DNA from: Epiperipatus broadwayi
Taxonomy: Eukaryota > Animalia > Onychophora
Direction of reading: 5' to 3'
Assembly: GCA_028023455.1 (NCBI GenBank)
Contig: JAQFVV010000006.1
Coordinates: 11,408,001 to 11,472,000 of the forward strand
DNA: 64,000 nucleotides
The position numbers were made by a program, and so were the translations under genes. The notes under the pieces were generated by a model. The model was not told the DNA's origin and made no database searches. It was given only the letters and a program-made list of their open reading frames with translations. Below are positions 22,952 through 36,039 of this stretch, piece after piece (within the stretch, counting starts at the first letter, position 1; every line of letters begins with the position of its first letter).

Positions 22952-23580
22952 ATGTAATTGGAGAGAATATGAATCCAGACTTTCAAACTCCCTACAATCA
23001 TCCATTCCATCTCATACAATCAATACACATGACCACATACATGTGGAAAAAATGATATCCAATATATATATTTTGTCTGAACCAACACTTTGAATTATCT
23101 CCCACACATATATAATCAGTGCTCGGTTTATATTAAGATAGGAAATCTTCAAACTTTATGACCATCCCTCTTCTGTGTATTTAAATGGTCTTAAGATCCT
23201 ACATATGAGGGGTAAGAATGACTTATGGTCAACATGCGTATGACAGCAAAATTGGAAAAACAAGGGCTTTGAACATGTAATCATCAAATTTTCAATGATA
23301 TGGATGGGTGAAGACTTGGAGAATTGAGAAGATTGAAGCCTGTCCTTTAAAGTTTGAAGATTTGCTATCTTAATATAACGCCAAGTATTGATTATATATA
23401 TATGTGTGGAAGATGATGATCCGGACCAACTGATGAATGCTGATTCAGCATGAAATATGTATATTGAAAATCATTTATCTTTTTCACATGTATGAGGTCA
23501 TGTGCATTGATTGTATGAGATGGTGTGAATGACTGAAGGAAGCTTGAAAGTCTGGCTTCAAACCCCTCAAATTTGATTAG
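22952..23580. mobile_element. Family D fold-back copy, abutted by an RTE 3' end
   Basis: Antisense arm about 22952-23160 and sense arm about 23160-23580, homologous to 660-1077. Confidence 0.75.
23425..23468 (+). ncRNA. Type I minimal hammerhead (family D, compensatory stem II)
   Basis: ACCAA-CUGAUGA-AUGCU-GAUUC-AGCAU-GAAAU-AUGU-AUA-UUGAA; the stem II closing pair is A-U instead of G-U. Confidence 0.7.
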
Positions 23581-23587
23581 TTTTACT

Positions 23588-25717
23588 TCATCATCAACCA
23601 TTATCAATCCACTGCAGAATGAACGTATCTCCAAGTTCAAACCATTTTCTCCGATTTTTAACTTCTCCACATCACCCCTGCACACTTTCTTATTTCATCC
23701 ATCCATCTCACATGTGGTCTCTTTCTCAGTCTTTTACAATCTCTTGGAATCACTGTTTAAGAGTTCAATTGTCTATCTATTACCATTTCTTTCTAGCAAT
23801 ATGTCCAGCCTAACTCCACTTGTCTTTTTAATTTTTTCAATGAGGTCAATAACGCCTGTTTGTTCTCTTACCCATATATTGTGTTTTCGATTTCTTCTTG
23901 TTACTCCTAACATGCATCTCTCCATACTTCTTTGAGTGGTCTGAAGTCTCTGTATTGCTTTTCTATTAAGTGTCCAAGTCTCAGATCCATAAGTAAGAAC
24001 TGGTAAAACATTTATTAAAAACTTTTCTTTTCAAAAACATAGGCATATTTCCTTTTAGTATCAAGTTACTTCTATCACAAGCACCGCAACCAAGTTTAAT
24101 TCTATGATTAATTTCATCCATTATGTTTCTATCTGTATTAATAATCTGACCAAGATATTTGAAGCTGTTAGCTTCTTCTAACTCATCATAATCAATCTTC
24201 ATTTTCATATTTTGAGAAAATCCATTGAACATTACTTTTTTTAACATTTATCTTTAGACCTACTTTCATCTGATAACTCCTGCAACATTTCCTGCAGCTC
24301 TAAAACATTATCTGCAAAAATAACTAAATCATCTGCAAAATCTAAATGACTTAAATAATCTCCATTTACGTTCACTCCTTTAGATTCTCATTTTAATCCA
24401 CAAAATACTTCTTGCAGCACTGCTGTAAAGAGTTTTGGAGATATGGAGTCACCCTGTCTTACACCCTCCTCAATGTTGAGTTTCCTAGTATCATTGAGTA
24501 ATCTAATTGTTGCTGTTGTATTTTTATAAATATTCTTTAAAATATGACAATATTCTGGATATATACCTTGATGATCCAATGCTTTAATCAAATGTCTTTT
24601 CATAATCTACAAATCCAAAGCATAATGGCAACTCATACTCATTTGTCCTTTCTGTAACTTCTCTCAATCTACTGTCCTAAAACCACTTTTAAATCCAGCT
24701 TGTTCTCTTGGTTGGTGAAAATCCAATGTTCTCTGCAGATGAGTTGTAATTATCTTCATAAAAAGTTTGTATAAAACTGATAAAAGGCTGATAGGTCTGT
24801 AACTTCTAATATCTTCTTTATCATCTTTTTTAAATATTAATACTGCATTCTTCCAATCATCTGGGACATCTTTATCATTTAGACATTTGGTATATAACTT
24901 TGCTAGAAAAAATTATATTTCTTCACCTGCTTCTTTTAATATATCAATTATAATTCCATCATTAATTACCTGGAGCCTTTCATTTCTTTATAAATTTAAT
25001 TGCATGTCTCATTTCTTCATTTAAAATTCTGTGCAATTCAGAAGATATAATAGATATAGGAAGTACTTGTTCTTTATTACTATATAATTCTTGATAGAAG
25101 TCTTCTATACATTTCATGACGTCATCTCTCTTTTTAGTAACAGTTCCATCTTTTTACCTTATTGCAGATATAAATTTCTTACCAATACCAAAATGTTGTT
25201 TTACACTCTTGAGACTTATTCTCTTCTAAAGCTTTCCTTGCTAGTTCACAGTTATATTGTCTTATATCATTTTCAACTCTTTTCTGCACCATTTTACAGA
25301 ATTTGAGGTATTCAATCCTTTTTAATGCATCATTTTTGTATATCTTCATATTCCTTCTTTTCTTCCTAAATTCTCTAGTCTCAATAGAAATTTTACTGGT
25401 CAATTGCTGCTTTTTTCTACCAGCTATCTTTATTGCAGTTTTTAAAAGTGTATCAGTTATTTTCTTATTAATTTCATTCAAGTCCAAATCATGTTCAAAA
25501 TCTACTAATACTGGAAAACAATTTGTAAGTTCTAATTTAAATTCATTAGTGTTTCTGAAGATTAGGAATATCAAGTGTAAATATTGTTTTTCTTAATAAT
25601 TTTTGTCTCTTTAGTTTTGCATTAACTCATATCTTACATCTTACTAATCGATGATCACTTCCTGTATTAAATTTATTAAGAACATTACAATCTTGAAATA
25701 TGTATTTTCTGTTAGTC
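23588..25717 (-). mobile_element. RTE-clade LINE, longest copy (EN C-terminus, RT, 3' UTR), disrupted
   Basis: GSDHRLVRCKI (EN end), GVRQGDSISPKLF, LDFADD, YLGQ, GSETWTL and a (CAT)n tail at 23588; frameshifts and stops are present. Confidence 0.93.
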
Positions 25718-25724
25718 AAAATAT

Positions 25725-27535
25725 AATTCAATTCATATTATTTATATTTGAATGTCAAATTTTATATTTATTTTTTAATATATATTTTTATCTATTTATT
25801 AAGCATCATAATGTAATTATTTAATTAAAACTATTTTTAATTTAATATAAAAAATTACATACTTAAAATCATATTTCTTAATTTTTTATTTCCTTACATT
25901 TTAAATTATCTATCTTTTAATAGTTTCACTTTCCAACTGTCCCATACTTTTAAATTTAAATTATTTCTACTCTATATTATAATTTCCTCCATGTTTATTC
26001 TTTTGTCATCATCATCATCATTAACCATTATCAATCCACTGCACCATTATCAATCCACTGCAGGATGAAGGTCTCTCCAAGTTCAATCCATCTTTTCCGA
26101 TCTTTAGCTTCTCTTCTCCACATCATACCTGTACACTTTCTTATTTCATCCATCTCACATGTGGTCTCTTTCTGGATCTTTTACAATCTCTTGGAATCCA
26201 GTTTAAAATTTCAATTGTCCATCTATTATCATCTCTTCTAGCAATATGTCCAGCCCAACTCCAGTCTTTTAATTTTTTCAATGAGGTCAGTAACACCTGT
26301 TTGTTCTCTTACCCATACATTGTGTTTTCGATCTCTTCCTGTTACTCCCAACATGCATCTCTCCATACTTCTTTGAGTGGTTTGAAGTCTCTGTATTGCT
26401 CTTCTATTAAGTGTCCAAGTCTCAGATTCATAAGTAAGAACTCGAAAAACCCATTTATTAAAAACCTTCCTTTTTAAACACATAGGCATATTTCCTTTTG
26501 CACTCCAACCAAGTTTAATTCTATGATTAATTTCATCCATTATTTTTTCATCTGTATTAATAATCTGACCAAGGTATTTGTAACTGTTAACTTCTTCTAA
26601 TTCATCATAATCAATCTTTATTTTCATATTTTGAGAAAATCTATTAAACATTACTTGTCCTTTTAACATTTATATTTAGTCCTACTTTCATCTGATAACT
26701 CCTGCAACATTTCCTGTAACTCTAAAGCATTATTTGCAAAAACAACTACATCATCTGAAAAATCTAAATGACTTAAATAAACATTTACTTTCACTCCTTT
26801 AGCTTCCCATTTTAATCCACAAAATACTTCTTGCAGCACTGCTATAAAAAGTTTTGGAGATATGGAGTCACCCTGTCTTACACCCTTCTCAATGTTGACT
26901 TTCCTACTATCATTATGTAATCTAATTGTTGCTGATGCATTTTAACTAACACTTTCTCTTATTTAGTTATTTTTTTAATTTACATTATTTATATTAATTT
27001 TTTATTTTATTATATTAGTAAAAAAATTATATCTAAATCTTTACTTAATTTTAGATTAATTTTTTAAATTAAAATAGCTTTTTTAATTTTTCTTTCTCTT
27101 TTATTATTAATATGGTAAATCACTTAAAGATAGGATAAAATGATTTATTATGATAATAAAAGAGAAATTTAAAAAGTTATTTTAATTTTTTAAAAAATCC
27201 AAGTTTAAATAAAGATTGAGAAGTAAAAACTTTATTAATATAATAAAATAAAATAAAATAATATAATTTTTAAAATTAATTACAAAAAATAAACACAGAG
27301 GGAGTTATAAAATGGAGTATAAATAATTTAAACTTAAAAGTGGGAAATGAAACTATTAGAAGGTAAGTGATTTAAAATATAAGGAAATAAAAAAATAAGA
27401 AATATGATTTACTTATGTAAATGTTTATATTAAATTAAAAATAGCTTTAATTAAATAATTAAACTATAATTATTAAATAAATAATATATATTGAAAACAA
27501 ATATAAAAATAGACATTAAATATGAATTATATAAA
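25725..27535. repeat. Very AT-rich fold-back element (about 900 bp) split by an RTE insertion
   Basis: 25725-26005 is inverted-homologous to about 27290-27535, and 26945-27120 to about 27140-27290; the RTE occupies 26007-26940. Confidence 0.6.
26007..26940 (-). mobile_element. 5'-truncated RTE-clade LINE
   Basis: ORF 26238-26669 (YKYLGQ, LGWSA, TYESETWTL, SMERCMLG), a (CAT)n tail, and a 19-bp duplication accattatcaatccactgc near the 3' end. Confidence 0.92.
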
Positions 27536-28875
27536 AGCTATAAAAGTTTTAAGGGAAAATAATATATTATAAATATCAAGTACAACAATAAAATATACAT
27601 TTAAAATTAATATCATTACATAAATCTATATATAATAGTTGTACAACTGTAACTGAAACGCAAATTGTTTAGATATCATTATAGCAACTATATCATTTCT
27701 ACGTAGTATTTATACAGTTTATACCTCTGATGAAGATTGCTGGGCAACCAAAATCATAAGAAATGAAAATAAGATTGGTTAAAAAAACAATGCAATGAAA
27801 GTTTTATATTTTTTATAATAATAGTGATTACAAGTATCTTATGAAACAGAAAAGTAAATGTTTGTTATTAAAAGAACAATCTCTACTCTAGTGCCATCTA
27901 TTGTAAGCTTAAGTTATGTTGATAACAGCATTCAATAAAAGTGTAACAATTATTCTAAGTAATATTAACTACTTAATTTGTCATAGCAATTACAAAATTT
28001 CACTTCAGAATTGTTTTCACATGAATTGTCATAATTTTTTTTCCTTTAAAGTAAAATGAACAATAGATAAAATTAAAAAATAATTTACAAATTAAGATTG
28101 TCTAAAAATCATATACAATTGTTGTTTTATTTAAATATATGTATTTGTCTCTACTAAACTTATTGTAATTATAATGGACTTAAACTCAGACTTTCAAGTT
28201 CCCTACATCTATCCAAAACATCTTATACAACTGATACACATAATACTATAGATGCGAAAAAGATAAATGATCTCCACTATATGTTTTTTGTGCTGAACCA
28301 GCACTTATCAGTTGGTCCAGATCACCATCTCCCAAACATATATACAATCAATGCTCGGTTTATATTAAGATAGTAAATCTTCAAACTTCAAAAAACAGAA
28401 CTTCAATCTTCTCTACTCTCTAACTCTTCCACCATCCATTTCATTGAAAATCTGCGGGTGGAATGCTCAAATCCCTTCTTGTTGCCAATATTATTGTCAT
28501 ACCTGTGTTGACTTTACATCAATCTGATCCCTCTTCTGTATAATTAAATGGACATATTGTGTTCCTATATGTGGGCAGTCAGACTGACTGAAGGTCAACA
28601 TGGGTATGACATAATATTAGCATCATCAAGGGCTTTGAGCATTCCACCCTCAGATTTCCAATGAAATGGATGACTGAAGAGTTGGTGAAGATTGAAGCTT
28701 GTTCATTAAAGTTTGAAGATTTGCTATTTTAAAAACCACTAAACATCACATGAACACTATTTCTTATGCTAGCACATTACTGTTATTAAAACAGGCAAAA
28801 CTCTCCATACAGTAATCAATGGATACCAGAAGGCTTGTGCATAAAATCCCTATCTAGTGCCTACTCATCCAATAT

Positions 28876-28915
28876 CCCCAGACTAGTTTCTGGCTTATGG
28901 CCTTCGTCAGGGAGG
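28876..28915 (-). ncRNA. Type I minimal hammerhead (family A)
   Basis: CCUCC-CUGACGA-AGGC-CAUAA-GCCA-GAAAC-UA-GUC-UGGGG. Confidence 0.7.
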
Positions 28916-29311
28916 AACTTTCAGATCTGAGAGCACTGCACCCAGATCTTAGAATCTAATGCAACTCTCCAGCAGCCACGTTTTATCTCTGCTTAACTAC
29001 AAAATTTATGAGAAAATTGAAAACACAATATTTTCAATCTAAGCTCAATAGCTTATACAGTCATGTGGATCTGTACCCAGTTCAGTGCCCATATATTTTG
29101 GTGTCTTGGGCTCTTTAACAACCATAGCCACTTCTATCCTATTAGGCAGGATTGGTGTTAAACCACTAAACATCACATGATCACTATTTCTTATGCTAGC
29201 ACATTACTGAAATTAAAAGAGCAAAACTCTCCGTACACTAGTGCCAACCAGAGTAATCAATAGATGCCAGAAGGCTTGTGCATAAAATCCCTATCTCTCA
29301 GATCCAAAGCT

Positions 29312-29351
29312 CCTCACTGATGAAGGCCACAAGCCAGAAACTAGTCAGGGG
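29312..29351 (+). ncRNA. Type I minimal hammerhead (family A)
   Basis: CCUCA-CUGAUGA-AGGC-CACAA-GCCA-GAAAC-UA-GUC-AGGGG. Confidence 0.72.
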
Positions 29352-30839
29352 ATATTGGATGAGTAGGCACTAGATAGGAATATTATGCACAAGCCTTCTG
29401 GCATCCATTGATTACTCTGGTTGGCACTGAGTGGCACCACTGTATGGAGAGTTTTGCCTGTTTTGATTTGCTATCTTAATATAAGCTCAGCACTGATTGT
29501 ATATATGTGTGGGAGATTGTGCTCTGGACCATCTCATGAGTGGTGTTTCAGTACAAAATATGTATATTGGAGATCATTAATCTTTTCACATGGGGGTATG
29601 TGTATCAGTTGTACAAGATGGATAGGATAGATGTAGGAGCTTGAAAGTCTGAATTCAAGTCTCTTATGATTAAATTGTGTAAACACATGAAAAATATGAT
29701 GACATATTTTATTCATGTATATATACAATATATTTACAAATATATACAAGGCTGTCTGCTATACCTAATGCCTAATACATTGCCATGCAACTATTAATAT
29801 AAAGGACTTTAGGTGCCTTCCAGGTTTACCTAACCCTTCTGGCTATTCTGTGACAGCTTGCCTTATGTTTGATTTATGATCTAGCTGCATCCAATTTTAG
29901 CATGAACTTGCTTGAATTGGGTGCTTTAGCCATATAGTGGACAACGTACATACTTCTATTACAGCCCTGACAGTAATTTGTTGTCTGATTTTACCTCCAA
30001 ATGAATTGTATAGTCATATCCCATTTCATAATTAAAGCAATTGAATTTAGTGTCATCATCTATTGGCCTGTTACTGCTATTCGATACCTGTAGCGATGAA
30101 TGTTCAATCCGATCAAGATAAGATGGAATCTGGACTAATCTATTAGTTGAAGTTGTAGGTTGAATCATAACAACAATAATAATATTTGCTGTTGCAATTA
30201 AATGAAATATTTTTTTTATTCCTATTTGAAGTCTTAAAGGAAATGAGCAGAGCAAATATCTAATGCGGACTTCTTAAATCTAGTCGTTACGGTATGAAAG
30301 TTCACATAATAAGCAGGTTTAATGCTCATAAACACTTGCCGGCAAGCATGAAGAGTTGTGATTGACTTTTATGGTTTAAGATCAAAAAAAGAGTTGTGAT
30401 TGACTTTTATGGTTTAAGATCAAAAAAAAATCTACAGGTTTCATCCTCAATGAGATATAGGTTGTCTTCCAGGTTGAAATAAGTCTTGTTTTAAAACAGA
30501 AGATTCTGAAGCCAAAGATTCATAAATTATAACTACTTCCAGTGACAAACTTCTTATGAAATCCTGCGCAGTAAAATAAGATTTTATTAATGCGTGAGTG
30601 TGTGTGAATACTGATTCTTTTTTATACTTACAATTGCAACCGACAAAAATAAATTATGACCCTCATTTCACAAAGCTATAAGTTGCCAGCCACAATGCAC
30701 CAGTAATTGACCAGAACAGAATGCTAAGAATTCCTGGTTGCCTTTCAACGACTGCAAATCCAGTTAAAGAGAAGTAAGAAGGTGAAAAAAATGTTCTAAT
30801 GTTAAATAGGACACTTACTTAATACCATGAAATTAGCAA

Positions 30840-31150
30840 AAAAAAAAATGTAGAGGCACTCTAATCGAATTAAGGGAGTAGGTACTTTACTACAAATATT
30901 ATGAGTGGAGTGGGATTCATCATAAATAAAAAGTGGAAGAAAACACTATAGAGAGTGATGGTGTATCTGGCAGTGGCAAGATGAGTTATTCAAAATGCAG
31001 ATAATTTAGACCCCAACAATATTCCCATTGTGATGAAGTAGAAATGGATGTACGACTTGCTTTTGATCACAGCAAACATTTTAAAATGTCATGGGAAACT
31101 TTTTACTACAATTGGTAGTAAATGATTGAAAGATGAAAGCGCTATGAATA
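30840..31150 (+). mobile_element. RTE endonuclease-region fragment
   Basis: ggagtgggattcatcataaataaaaagtggaag encodes GVGFIINKKWK; a similar fragment lies at about 31620-32060. Confidence 0.5.
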
Positions 31151-32164
31151 AATTTGATTATGGTTGACAGAAATGAGAAAGGCAAAAAGAATGTGTTTGT
31201 GAGAGTGCAATCTCTTCCTTTTTTTAATAGATATTTACGATTATGACCGACAAAAATACATTAGGGTACTTAGCCACAAGGCTCTTGGACTTGCAATTAA
31301 TGTACCAATCAATTTCAATATGTAACTTTCACGATGTAATTATACTATCTTAATAAATTATTGTTTAGAATAAAAATACATTAGGGCCATTAATCTCAGC
31401 AGGCTGTAAAGTCACTAGCCAAGGTGCTAATTGGTTGTTGAAAGTAGAGGGTGCTAAAATTTTCCTGGATGTGACCCCGACTGCCTTTCAATGTCAATCT
31501 TTTAATTAGGTATCTACAACTGCAGACCGCTTTCAAATAAAGAAAACTTGCATGAAACAGAAACAATAATTGTCTAACATTAAATCGAACATTGAACAAC
31601 TTTAGGGAATTAAAAGAAAAGGTGAAGAGACAAATTGAATAAAAACTTTACTACAAAGACATAAATATTGGAAGCTCAAATGGAGTGGATCTATTATAAA
31701 TAAAAAAAAATGGAAGAACTAAGTTGTGGAGGTTAATGGTATATCAGACAGTGTGGCAATATTAATGGATGAGACTAAATGCTGATAATTCAGATTTACT
31801 CGCTAAGAAGTTCTCTTGCGATGGATACTTTTGATCAGACCAAACAATATTTAGAATTGTCATGGAAAACTGGTAAACAAAAAATTTACAGAAAAAGTTG
31901 TACATTATGAATTCTTTGGATGAAGAAAAAAAAAAATCCAAAACAAGAACAGATATGGAAACTTTCTGTAAATCAACTTGCCTTTTGATATTTGGCGGAA
32001 GTTTAAATGGAAAAATGATAAACCTACTGCAAAGAAGTAGACTTGGTTGCACCAGCAATGTCTCATGATATTTAATTACTTATCCAAAAATAAAGTATGA
32101 GCACTTTTCCACCAAATAGGAACACAACACTCACCAGTAGAATAAGCATATGCTCAACTAGATG

Positions 32165-32325
32165 CCAAGAGATTATAAAAGACCCAGAAAGAGACCACAT
32201 GTGAGATGGATGAAAGAAATAAGAAAGTGTGCAGAGGTGATGTGGAAAAGAGAAGCTAAAGATCAGAGATGGATTGAAATTGGAAAGACGTTCTGCAGAG
32301 GATTGATAATGGTTGATGATGATTA
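32165..32325 (+). mobile_element. RTE 3' stub
   Basis: aaagacccagaaagagaccacatgtgagatggatgaa...gattgataatggttgatgatga. Confidence 0.75.
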
Positions 32326-35300
32326 ATAAGATTGCAGCCAGCTTTTCCATGAGAATATTCTTGGCAATTACTTTCAATTGAATCTTTGATAGTTGAGAAA
32401 AGACTACATTTCAAGACTTAATCTTAAGTGGCACAAAATACGATTATATTTTAGGCTATTATTTTGGTATATGATATTCAGGTTAAAAGATGTTTCCAGA
32501 TTGTTTAGATGAAAAGTTGAGTATAGAATCTTTGTATGGGATTAGAAATAAAACCTTTCTTTAAACAATAAAACCTGTCTTTAAACAATATTTCCAAACT
32601 CTTCACAGTCTTAATAATAGACTTTTCTATTTCTGTAAAAGTTCTCTTTGATGAGATCAAAGCAAGGTTATTGACAGAGATGAACTTCCTGCATTCCAAT
32701 TTTGAAAAAATCAATGGTTAATAAAGCTATAGGAAAAGCATTTCACAAAATTTTGCACTTGCTTTGGTTATCATTTATGCCATCTGAATTTTCTATTGGA
32801 GAACGTTTCATTAAATAAATTACTTTCCTACATCTAAGAATTCTAAAGTGTTTTAAATGGAGCCATTTTTCTAAATAAAAGAATACACTGAAATTAGATT
32901 AATGAAAGTCCTTTTGATATGATTATTAAAGATAAAATTTGTTTATAGTAGTTTCATCCTAGCCTGAATCCAATGTTCTAAGAGTAGACGATTTTCAACT
33001 ACGGTCGTAATTCTTGTTTAGACTATTATTTCAAACAATTTATAGGAAACATATAAAAGATTATATGAAAAGACATAACATAGTTCAAATGTCACACAAA
33101 ATCTACCAATGACAGTACATCCAAAAATCCAATTATGATGTCAATTGGAAATCCATTCGTCTATAAAAATGTTAGAAAATATGTTACTGGACAAATCATT
33201 AACTAATGCAAGCATATTTCTGTATGACATTTTCGCCAACATTTTTTAACAACTCATAGATGGTCTTTTGGTATAATTTGTAAATTATGTAGATCAAATG
33301 AAGCTTTTCTAAATATTATTATTACTGTCCTCTCCAATACCCATTAAACAAAATTCTGATATCAAGCTTTTGATAAACGAAAACAAGATAATAAGAGTTG
33401 CATGACCATTTCTGAGACTTACTTGGTTATTAAGATGTATGATAATTTTCAAAAACAAACATTATTATTAAATTAACCAGAGAAAGTCTTTAACTTTTAT
33501 CATATGCAGTGTTTTGGACTACAGAGAGACCTCTCAAACCTCAATACAAGTTAGAGACTTTATAAAGATAAGAATGGCCATCTTATTTTAAACCCAAATT
33601 CCTATTTATATAGGCCAATCTGAAGCATCTTAATTTGAGGACATGAGGCTGTTACTCTCTCTACTTTTTAAGTTCCCTATTTCCATCACAAATTAACTTA
33701 CGCAATATCTTGCGATTTACAGTGAGTTAATATTATGATCTTTTCTAATGGAAATATAGAAGCTGATGTAACATTCTGATTATTTATTAAGCACATAGGA
33801 AGAATGTAATTCAATAGAGAAAGGCTTTAAACTTTACTGTATGCACTTTCAACCTTTATAATAGTCAAATGATGTAGTTTTTTGACTATAGAGGGATCTC
33901 TCAAACCTCAACATAAGATAGCGGCTTTAAAAAGAGTAGTTTCATGATTACTAGTGAAAACAGTACTGTAATATTTGCCAAAAAAATTTAAGACATAATG
34001 TGGCCACCGATATTATTTAGTCAAGAAAACCACTATGATCTAAATGAAATATGCCATCACAATCGCACCATCATGAAAATCTGATTCCTATGTAATAATC
34101 CATTTAAGTACTTGCATTGATAAAAAAAATAATAACTAATCAACCAAATTCATTAATGACTTTACTAAATGTAACATGCAAATATTAATTGTGATAGCTC
34201 AAATGTAGATGAAATTTATGCGGAATTGTGGTCGCTCAAATATAGACGAAATTTATGCAGAAGTTATTGAAAACTCCAGCGAGCTATATTTAAATAAATA
34301 CAATTCCATCAAAAAAACAAAAAAGTATAGAATAATCCCATTTGTATTTTAGCTTGGATCATAAATAAGTATTCAATTTACTAAATATGAAGCACAGTCT
34401 TTCCGTCTCCTTGTTTATAATGATTTCAGAACCAATAACTGACCCCAAATCACATTAATATGTAAAATTCATGTTCTGTTGTAATTTAATAAATTGAATG
34501 CTTATATATAATCCAATCATTCATTCCGTACATTTTCATTTTTTGACGGAGTTGTATTAGTTTACTATAGCTCACTGGGAGTTTTCAATAACTTCCGTGT
34601 AGATTAAATGCAACATGTTAAGTTCTGATTTTAAGTTTGAAGTATACTGGGGGTTTTTTAACTGATAGATATGAAAAATAGTGATATATAATAACATAGA
34701 TTAGTTTTTAAAACAATAATGATATTGAGTAGGGGTTTTTTTGCGGGGAGGAAGGAGGGCTGTCAGTTTAAAGTGATCAAGCCCACATCCACTAAAATCC
34801 ACTAGTTTTATCAGAATATGCTAGATCATTATAAAAGAAATGTTTGCCCCATTCTAATGATGCTTTTTATCAATCTGTCTATCTTGGATTTAGAAATCTG
34901 ATGTGTAAAATTGGAAATCTTATTAATAGTGATATCCATAGCAATAATATGTTGTATATAATCAAAATCCATTCACAGTTAATTTTTCCCAAAAACAGTG
35001 ACATAGGTTCTGCCTAGAGCTGAACTTCTCAAGTAAATCACATATTCAATATTTAAAAATTAAATACTTAATCAGTTTAGTATCTACAATGTATAAGGAA
35101 CCACAGACATGTAAGTAGAAACCAAAACCAAATAGTAGTCGGAATCAAAAACCCTGGTTTAATTCAGTGGGTTATGGAAATGTTACCTTGTTGATTCTAA
35201 GACTGCATAAAGAAACTGTAAAGTTACAATTTATTTCTCAATACGATGAACTCCAAATACATTATAATATGTGAAGTCTCACGGCATTGACATATAAACA

Positions 35301-35669
35301 CTAAACGGACAAAAATGAATCATTTCTGGCCTGCAGCAAATATTTATATGGGAAGTAAATTCAGCATTCAGACAAAAATAAATCTGAGAATAAAATTCTA
35401 TTCATTGTTGATATATAAAATGCCTAATTGAAATTGGCCATGGAAATAATATGCACCATGAGAATGAATTCAGGCCAGTTTCATTTACACTATATGTACA
35501 TATACAATGAACAGAATTTCATTCCCAAAGTTAACATTGTCTGAATTTAGTTCCCATATAGGTACTCGGTCCCCGCGCAAAAATGATTCATGTTCATCTA
35601 CTTAGCATTTAGATGATGCTGCAAGATTTTGCACATTATATATTAAATATATATAGAAGTATAGAGAGA

Positions 35670-35995
35670 TGTTAGGAGTAAAAAGAAGAGGTTGAAAACA
35701 AACTACATGGATGAGAGAACAAACAAATATTGATAGATATCAGTGAAAGAATTAAGAATGAAATGGAGCTGAGCTTGCCATGTTGATAGAAGATGATAAT
35801 AGATGGTTAGTTCAGGTCTTAAACTAGATCTCGAAAGACTATAAAAGACGTGGAAGGAGAACACATGTAAGATATATGAAATAAGGAAATTTTCTGATAT
35901 GATGTGAAGAAAAACTAAAGATCAAAGACACTGAATTAAACTTGGAAAAGACCATCATGCTGTGGACTGGCTGAAAATAATGATATATATATATA
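35670..35995 (+). mobile_element. RTE 3' fragment
   Basis: Homologous to the other RTE 3' ends (agaagatgataatagatgg...cttggaaaagacc...taatgat). Confidence 0.65.
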
Positions 35996-36039
35996 TGATT
36001 ACAAAAATTAATGTTATCTTATTAGCGTATATCTCTTTA

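Larger units (their letters stand above)
28728..29464. mobile_element. Family A tandem plus inverted copy with 10-bp TSD
   Basis: ccactaaacatcacatga recurs at 28736 and 29163 (427 bp, with an internal deletion); inversion near 29295; gatttgctat is duplicated at 28718-28727 and 29465-29474. Confidence 0.85.
28165..29670. mobile_element. Family D fold-back copy hosting a nested family A insertion
   Basis: Antisense arm about 28165-28540; sense arm about 28545-28727, resuming at 29465-29670. Both D hammerheads are decayed (CUGAUAA/CAAAA; CUCAUGA/CAAAA). Confidence 0.75.
29750..33300 (-). mobile_element. Decayed Ingi/Vingi-like LINE, fragmented by later insertions
   Basis: RKFISVNNLALISSKRTFTEIEKS (about YADD region, 32505-32714) and FHLIATANII...PSYLDR (29959-30255) are collinear with the 13130-13900 copy. 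Confidence 0.5.

Noticed and set aside
25725-27535. Mitochondrial insertion (NUMT)
   Set aside because: AT richness is suggestive, but no mitochondrial gene, tRNA or rRNA motif was recognised.
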